A DNA stretch of 64,000 bases from Tetramitus jugosus. Taxonomy: Eukaryota; Protista; Heterolobosea. Of this stretch, positions 58,522 to 64,000 are shown piece after piece; position 1 is the stretch's first letter; the number at the start of each line of letters is the position of its first letter. A program made the translations under genes and the position numbers. The stretch lies in the NCBI GenBank assembly GCA_937625935.1, contig OW569351.1:1-64000 (forward strand), given 5' to 3'. Below the pieces are notes generated by a model. It saw nothing but the letters and a program-made list of their open reading frames with translations. It made no database searches and was not told the origin of the DNA.

Positions 58522-59226
58522 ATGACAAAGTATTTAATCACTGGAGCATCCAGAGGCATTGGATTGGAACTCGTACGACAACTATTGGCCAGAGATACCA
58601 CAGAATTCGTGTTTGCGGCATCTCGTTCAGCTAGTAAGCAACTAGAGGAGCTGTCTAACAATCCAAAGTTGAAGTTTGTAGAGTTGGATGTCTCAGATGT
58701 GGAATCTATCAAGAAGGCAGCTGAGAAACTCAAGCCATACAAGATTAATGTACTGGTGAACAATGCTGGTGTCAATGTAAGTGGAAATGTTCAGACCACG
58801 ACCTCTGAAGGAGCACTTGAGGCCTATCGCACAAATGTGGTTGGACCATTGCTCGTAACACAACATTTCCTTCCATTGTTTGAGAGTGATGCAACTAAAC
58901 CAGCTATTATTGCCAACATCTCTTCGTTGCTTGCCTCTTTGAACGACGCAATGAATCCAGATTATCAATTCCTGGACAATCTGCCATACAGAGTCTCCAA
59001 GGCAGCTCTCAACATGCTCACTAGATTGCAGTCTCTTGAGCTCAAGGACAAGAACATTGCTGTCGTTTCTTTCAGTCCTGGCTGGGTATTAACAGATATG
59101 GGAGGTCCGGATGCTCCTTTAACTCCAAAGGAAAGTGTCGAAGGTTTGATCAAAGGATTGGACAGAATCCAAATCGAAGACACTGGAAAATTTTTGAACT
59201 ATTCCGGAGTAGAACTTCCATTGTGA
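58522..59226 (+). CDS. Short-chain dehydrogenase/reductase (CsgA/C-factor-like)
   Basis: ITGASRGIG, NNAG, YRVSK, PGWVLTDMGG. Confidence 0.93.
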   Translation: MTKYLITGASRGIGLELVRQLLARDTTEFVFAASRSASKQLEELSNNPKLKFVELDVSDVESIKKAAEKLKPYKINVLVNNAGVNVSGNVQTTTSEGALEAYRTNVVGPLLVTQHFLPLFESDATKPAIIANISSLLASLNDAMNPDYQFLDNLPYRVSKAALNMLTRLQSLELKDKNIAVVSFSPGWVLTDMGGPDAPLTPKESVEGLIKGLDRIQIEDTGKFLNYSGVELPL

Positions 59227-59526
59227 TCTTCTCATAAACTACTATTCTCAGTCAAAAGACTTGCTTTGTTTGCTGAGCAATTGAAATGTGATCGAAAACC
59301 TTTCATCAGGTTTAACCTTGTCGAAGGAAGAAAAAATTCGCATCGATGGTATTCGCGGGATAAACCACTCCCTGTCCAGTAAATACTGGACAACTCTAGT
59401 TGTTCATCCGCCAACCGAACAGTCCATTCCAGAATGCATGATCTTCCAGAACTCTTTTTAAGATGCGAAAAAATAAAATCCTTGCACAACAACCAGTCAC
59501 AAAACAACCATTTGCTTTGCTCAAGA

Positions 59527-60477
59527 ATGAATAGACAAATTTTGAAACAAATTGCCAATGATACCTTGACAATCATTCGCAATGGTCATTACACATGCAA
59601 TAACCAACAAGTGGATCTCAGTAATGAGATCAGACAATGCGTAAGAGACACAAAACTCTACAAGCATGATGAAAAGATTCAAAAGGAGGTCAAGGTCACT
59701 GAAAGGTTTGAAAAAATGCACATGGAAGTGAGACTGTGCTCCACTTTGGATGCTGTTCAACAAGAGCTACTGTTGGAACCGTCTGCTTCTGTGGCAGCTT
59801 TGAATTTTGCATCTGCCAAGAATCCTGGTGGTGGATTTTTGAAAGGATCATCTGCTCAGGAAGAAAGTTTAGCTCGAACGAGTGCATTGTACGAATGTCT
59901 CATCTCGGATCAGGTCAAGAACTATTATCTGGAGAATGAACAGGAAAAATTGTGTCTGTACACGGACAATGTGATATATTCGCCAAGAGTCCCAGTGTTT
60001 CGTTCGGATCAATCTGAACAACTTTTGAAGGAACCATATCTGGCCACTTTTATAACTGCCCCTGCTGTCAATTACAATCATGCAAGTAGAAGAGTGGATA
60101 ATCAAGAGAGGATTAGGCAAGTGTTCCGTGATCGTGCAGATAAGGTCCTTGCTATCGCTTATGAGAACAACCATGACGTGATTGTGTTGGGTGCATGGGG
60201 TTGTGGAGTATTCGGCTGTCCTATTGCATTCACTGCTCGTATGTTCAGAGATTTGCTACGTACAAAGTATAAGAATGCTTTCAAGAGAGTAATATTTGCA
60301 ATCTATGATACGATGACATGCGATTCATTTCAATATGCACTGGAGTCAGACGATGTGATCGAGGAAGAAGCAGTAGGTGCAGAAACGAAGGGCAAAAGAC
60401 CTGTTGTTAGAGAGAAGAATAAGAATAGACGTGATGAAAGATGGAAGAAGCACGCATCCAGTAGTGATGGGTATTGA
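59527..60477 (+). CDS. Bacterial-type PARG macrodomain (TIGR02452/DUF2263 family)
   Basis: LNFASAKNPGGGFLKGSSAQEESL, IYSPRVPVFR, LGAWGCGVF; start at 59527 or 59434. Confidence 0.9.
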   Translation: MNRQILKQIANDTLTIIRNGHYTCNNQQVDLSNEIRQCVRDTKLYKHDEKIQKEVKVTERFEKMHMEVRLCSTLDAVQQELLLEPSASVAALNFASAKNPGGGFLKGSSAQEESLARTSALYECLISDQVKNYYLENEQEKLCLYTDNVIYSPRVPVFRSDQSEQLLKEPYLATFITAPAVNYNHASRRVDNQERIRQVFRDRADKVLAIAYENNHDVIVLGAWGCGVFGCPIAFTARMFRDLLRTKYKNAFKRVIFAIYDTMTCDSFQYALESDDVIEEEAVGAETKGKRPVVREKNKNRRDERWKKHASSSDGY

Positions 60478-60559
60478 TCGGTTCAACCTCTTGCCATTGA
60501 AATAACACCATAAATGCTTCATTTCTTTTGTTCAAGTTTGCCTCTTCATAATTTATTGT

Positions 60560-61942
60560 TTAGTCATCATCTGATGATCCAAACCAATTAGAGAAGAAAC
60601 CTCCTACTCCTGAACTAGAGTCATCATCATCCACATAGTCATCATCGTCAATGTATTCATCATCATCATTTGTGTCCTGTACATGATCTGCCTCTTGGGT
60701 ACGATCCAAGCCTTCGTTGGCAGTCTCAGCGCCCTCTACACCTGCACCTGCTGCACCACCCACAGCACCTCCTGCTGCACCTCCTGCTGCACCTCCTGCT
60801 GCACCACCTGCGGCGCCACCTGCTGCACTACCACCCAATCCGCCTAATCCATATCCACCCGTGTGGATATTGCCTGCGATAGAGTCAACAAGTCTGCTAA
60901 ATGGCAGTGATTGAAGCCAGACCTTTCCAGGACCAGTCAGAGTAGACAAGAAGAGACCTTCTCCACCCAAAATCATGTTCTTGAAGCCCGGAAGTCTCTC
61001 AATACCAAAAGTGACCGATTTTTCAAAAGCAACCAACGTTCCAGAGCTCATCTTGATCATTTCTCCCTCTGCCAACTCTCGCATCATCAAAGATCCACCT
61101 GCACGCAACAAGATCAACCCATCCCCTGTCAATTCTTGCAGAATGAAGCCCTCTCCACCAAAGAATCCCGCTCCCAACGAGTGCTGAGAATACATTTCAA
61201 ACTGAGTACTCATTGCACCACACAAGAATGCACCCTTTTGACACACAAGTGATCCACCGTGCTCCCACAATTGCACAGGAATAATCTTTGATGGATAGGA
61301 TGCTGCCAAACAAACCTTTGCTACACCAGTCAATGACATTGCTGCTGCTGATGATGATGAATCTTCACTCACAACAACCACAGATTTCTCATCAACAGCA
61401 TCACTATTCAAACCTCTTCTCTTATTGACAAAATCCGAAATGAAAAAATTTTCACCAGTCATCAATCGTTTCAATCCCTGTGATACTCCTCCACCCGTAC
61501 TCGTCTCAATCTCCACTCCATTCTCCATGTAGACCAAACTACCAGTCTCCGCACGAATACCTTCACCAGGCTGTAAATCAATCTCTACTGCAGCCATCTC
61601 ATTACCAATGATACGATAGGGAAAAACACCTCTTGAGCTATTGTGTTCACGTGAATCGATTTGAACGCTTGAGAGCTGTTGAGCGACTTGATGAGAGTTG
61701 AATTGATTATTTGCTCGTACAAGTGAAGATGACTGACTCTTCTTTATGAGCTTCTTCTTTCCTCCAGTGCTGTACCAGAGCTTGTGAGGAGTGAGTGATG
61801 AGTGGGAGAGTGGTGAAAAAAAGGAAGGTGTTGGTGTTGTTGGTGGTGGAAGTGAACATGTGAGAGTAGATTGGGCGAAGTGGTGATTACGTTTGAGTAA
61901 GAGATGGATACCTCTTCTCGATGTTCTTTGCATATTGATCAT
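60560..61942 (-). CDS. AIM24: AIM24 (TIGR00266) family protein with mitochondrial presequence
   Basis: LMTGENFF, CQKGAFL, GFFGGEGFILQ, LTGPGKVWLQSLPFSRL. Confidence 0.88.
   Translation of the reverse strand: MINMQRTSRRGIHLLLKRNHHFAQSTLTCSLPPPTTPTPSFFSPLSHSSLTPHKLWYSTGGKKKLIKKSQSSSLVRANNQFNSHQVAQQLSSVQIDSREHNSSRGVFPYRIIGNEMAAVEIDLQPGEGIRAETGSLVYMENGVEIETSTGGGVSQGLKRLMTGENFFISDFVNKRRGLNSDAVDEKSVVVVSEDSSSSAAAMSLTGVAKVCLAASYPSKIIPVQLWEHGGSLVCQKGAFLCGAMSTQFEMYSQHSLGAGFFGGEGFILQELTGDGLILLRAGGSLMMRELAEGEMIKMSSGTLVAFEKSVTFGIERLPGFKNMILGGEGLFLSTLTGPGKVWLQSLPFSRLVDSIAGNIHTGGYGLGGLGGSAAGGAAGGAAGGAAGGAAGGAVGGAAGAGVEGAETANEGLDRTQEADHVQDTNDDDEYIDDDDYVDDDDSSSGVGGFFSNWFGSSDDD
60741..60828. repeat. 12-bp coding tandem repeat (GGAA peptide repeat)
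   Basis: CACCTCCTGCTG-like units inside AIM24. Confidence 0.8.
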
Positions 61943-62179
61943 TTTGCAAGCTTCTTGAAGTTGTTGTTTGATTTTTTTGGTTTCGTGACGGATAAAAATT
62001 TTGGAGTTGGTGGAAGATCATGATCGGGGAGAACTCAGGAACAGTGGAAAGTTCCAAGTCGGTTTTTTCACAATCGGCCAAATCAAAAATCAAGTGACAC
62101 AAACAAAACCGAATTTTCTCTCGAGAGAAAAACAAAACAACCACCACGACTAGTATTCGAACAAACACATACCACTCAC

Positions 62180-63733
62180 ATGAAACAACCCACTTCTCCA
62201 CTCCTCATCAACACTCAAAACACCCATAAGGAATTCAACCACGATTCTCTTTCTCCGCTGTACAGCAAAAACAATACTCCGACCCGACATCTTTCTCCCG
62301 ACAGCCTCTACAGTGTGAGCGAATGGTCCGTTGGTCAAGTCACACACTGGCTCAAGCAATGCGGATTCTCAAAGCACGTACAGAGCACGTTCGAATCGCA
62401 TCGCATCGACGGACGCGTGCTCCTCTGTCTCAACGAACATGATTTGCGACAAGCTCCCCTGCGAATGAACATTCTAGGCGACTTGAAACGCATGTCCATT
62501 GCGATACAACAATTGAGACGCAAATGGAAACAACAAATACAACAACATCAGTTAGCTACAACCAACAACAACAACAACAACAACAACAATGACGATGGAA
62601 GTGGTGGAAACAACATGACTTTGGACAATGAAAATGATGATGACTCTGATAGCAATGATCGTAATGATGATTACAACAGTAAGCAAACAAAAACAAACAA
62701 GTCATCCAAGAGTCATCACAGTCACAGTCGCAACAGAGACTCACTACAGTCATTGTTGCTACTAGGAGAAGACAATTCCATACCAGAGACATTGGGTCTC
62801 TTGTGGGAGCATTATCTTCCGTCTTTGACGATACCGAGTCCAGAGATTGAACCCTGGTCCTCCATGTTATCCAAACTCTTTGTTTCCATTTGTTTCTTTT
62901 TCATTTCTATTTTTGTCACGTCGTTGACCATGGTGTTTGTTCATGAGCGTGTGCCTGATCCGTTGACTTATCCTCCGTTGCCCGACATTATACTTGATAA
63001 TGTTCCGTTGATACCGTGGGCGTTTGTTGCGAGTGAAGTGCTTGCTGCTATTTTGTTTGTCATCATGTGTGGTGTCATGTTTGTTCACAAGCATCGAGGA
63101 GTGATATTGAGGAGGATGCTTGCAGTGATTGGAACAGTGTTTTTGTTGCGTTGTGTGACCATGTTTGTGACGAGTTTGAGTGTGCCTGGTGAGCACTTGG
63201 GTAGTGGTTGTAAGGCGTTGCCTCCATTGAATACGATTGATGAAAAGTTGCAGAGAGCTTGGTTGATTGCTTCGAGATTTGGTTTGTCGATCACTGGATT
63301 GAAAACATGTGGCGATTACATGTTTTCTGGGCATTCGAGCTGTTTGACTCTGTTGAATTTGTTTATTGTGGAATATACGCCAAGAAACTATCGAGGATTG
63401 CACATCATGTCATGGACAATGAATTTGTTTGGCATGGCGTTTGTGTTGGCCGCTCACGAGCATTATAGTCTTGATGTATTTCTGGCATTCTACATTTCTA
63501 GTCGTATGTTTGGTTACTATCATCAGCATGCCAACATTCAGCACGCGTTGGATGATCTGGACAAGGATCACAAGGATTCTTGGTTCATGTACATTCCTCT
63601 CTTCTCCTTTTTGGAAGAGAATATGAATGGAAAGCTACCAAACGAGTACGAGTGGCCATGGGCACCACTGCTCGACTCATTGAGGAGAAAGTTGCGCAGG
63701 AATAATCGAGATGAAAACAACAAACAGAAGTAA
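62180..63733 (+). CDS. SAMD8: SAM-domain sphingomyelin synthase-related protein (SMSr)
   Basis: SAM domain (WSVGQVTHWL, IDGRVLL), PPLPDIILD, CGDYMFSGH, HEHYSLDV. Confidence 0.92.
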   Translation: MKQPTSPLLINTQNTHKEFNHDSLSPLYSKNNTPTRHLSPDSLYSVSEWSVGQVTHWLKQCGFSKHVQSTFESHRIDGRVLLCLNEHDLRQAPLRMNILGDLKRMSIAIQQLRRKWKQQIQQHQLATTNNNNNNNNNDDGSGGNNMTLDNENDDDSDSNDRNDDYNSKQTKTNKSSKSHHSHSRNRDSLQSLLLLGEDNSIPETLGLLWEHYLPSLTIPSPEIEPWSSMLSKLFVSICFFFISIFVTSLTMVFVHERVPDPLTYPPLPDIILDNVPLIPWAFVASEVLAAILFVIMCGVMFVHKHRGVILRRMLAVIGTVFLLRCVTMFVTSLSVPGEHLGSGCKALPPLNTIDEKLQRAWLIASRFGLSITGLKTCGDYMFSGHSSCLTLLNLFIVEYTPRNYRGLHIMSWTMNLFGMAFVLAAHEHYSLDVFLAFYISSRMFGYYHQHANIQHALDDLDKDHKDSWFMYIPLFSFLEENMNGKLPNEYEWPWAPLLDSLRRKLRRNNRDENNKQK

Positions 63734-63755
63734 ATGTGATAATTTAATTGTTTGT

Positions 63756-64000
63756 TTAGTATCCTCGAACTTCGATCAATTTCTTGGCTTGGTATTCTCT
63801 GCCCATTGCCTCATATCGATCAAATTGCATGACATAATGTCCCAATCCTCTCGTCATTGATCTCAAGTGTTTTGCATAACCAATCAATTCGCTCAATGGA
63901 ACTTCAGCGTGAATCACTTGTTCGTCGTGAGATCCTCTCATGACACTAATACCCTTCACTCTGCCTCTTCTGCCACCGCTAATATCAGACATGACACTGC
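63756..64000 (-). CDS. Organellar elongation factor G, C-terminal domain V (partial)
   Basis: RRGRV, AEVPLSELIGYAKHLRSMTRG; runs off the window end. Confidence 0.88.
   Translation of the reverse strand, partial: SVMSDISGGRRGRVKGISVMRGSHDEQVIHAEVPLSELIGYAKHLRSMTRGLGHYVMQFDRYEAMGREYQAKKLIEVRGY

Overview
Telomere-proximal 64 kb of a gene-dense microbial eukaryote chromosome. The (CCCAAA)n telomere, short GT-AG introns, standard code and gene types (RGS fusion, RCC1-like, F-box/LRR, spastizin) suggest a heterolobosean or Naegleria-like protist; this is an inference. After a degenerate subtelomere (0.9-3.8 kb) come about 27 mostly housekeeping genes, including GLDC, MnmE, ArfGAP, ZFYVE26, SEM1, NOT4, PSMA1, Rab21, TRAPPC2, a P4-ATPase, REV7, a DEAD-box helicase, EIPR1, AIM24, SMSr and EF-G. 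The unusual content is mobile DNA. (1) A 6-kb island around tRNA-Glu(CTC) and tRNA-Ala(TGC) holds three related non-LTR retrotransposon copies, two sitting head-to-head immediately upstream of a tRNA gene (TRE5-like targeting), plus a probable decayed Fanzor/TnpB fragment. (2) An intact F-box/LRR gene is packaged between perfect 36-bp TIRs with a TA duplication. (3) There are two copies of a MITE, one of which has captured 75 bp of ribosomal protein S2 coding sequence. All family assignments come from motif recognition by eye, not database searches.
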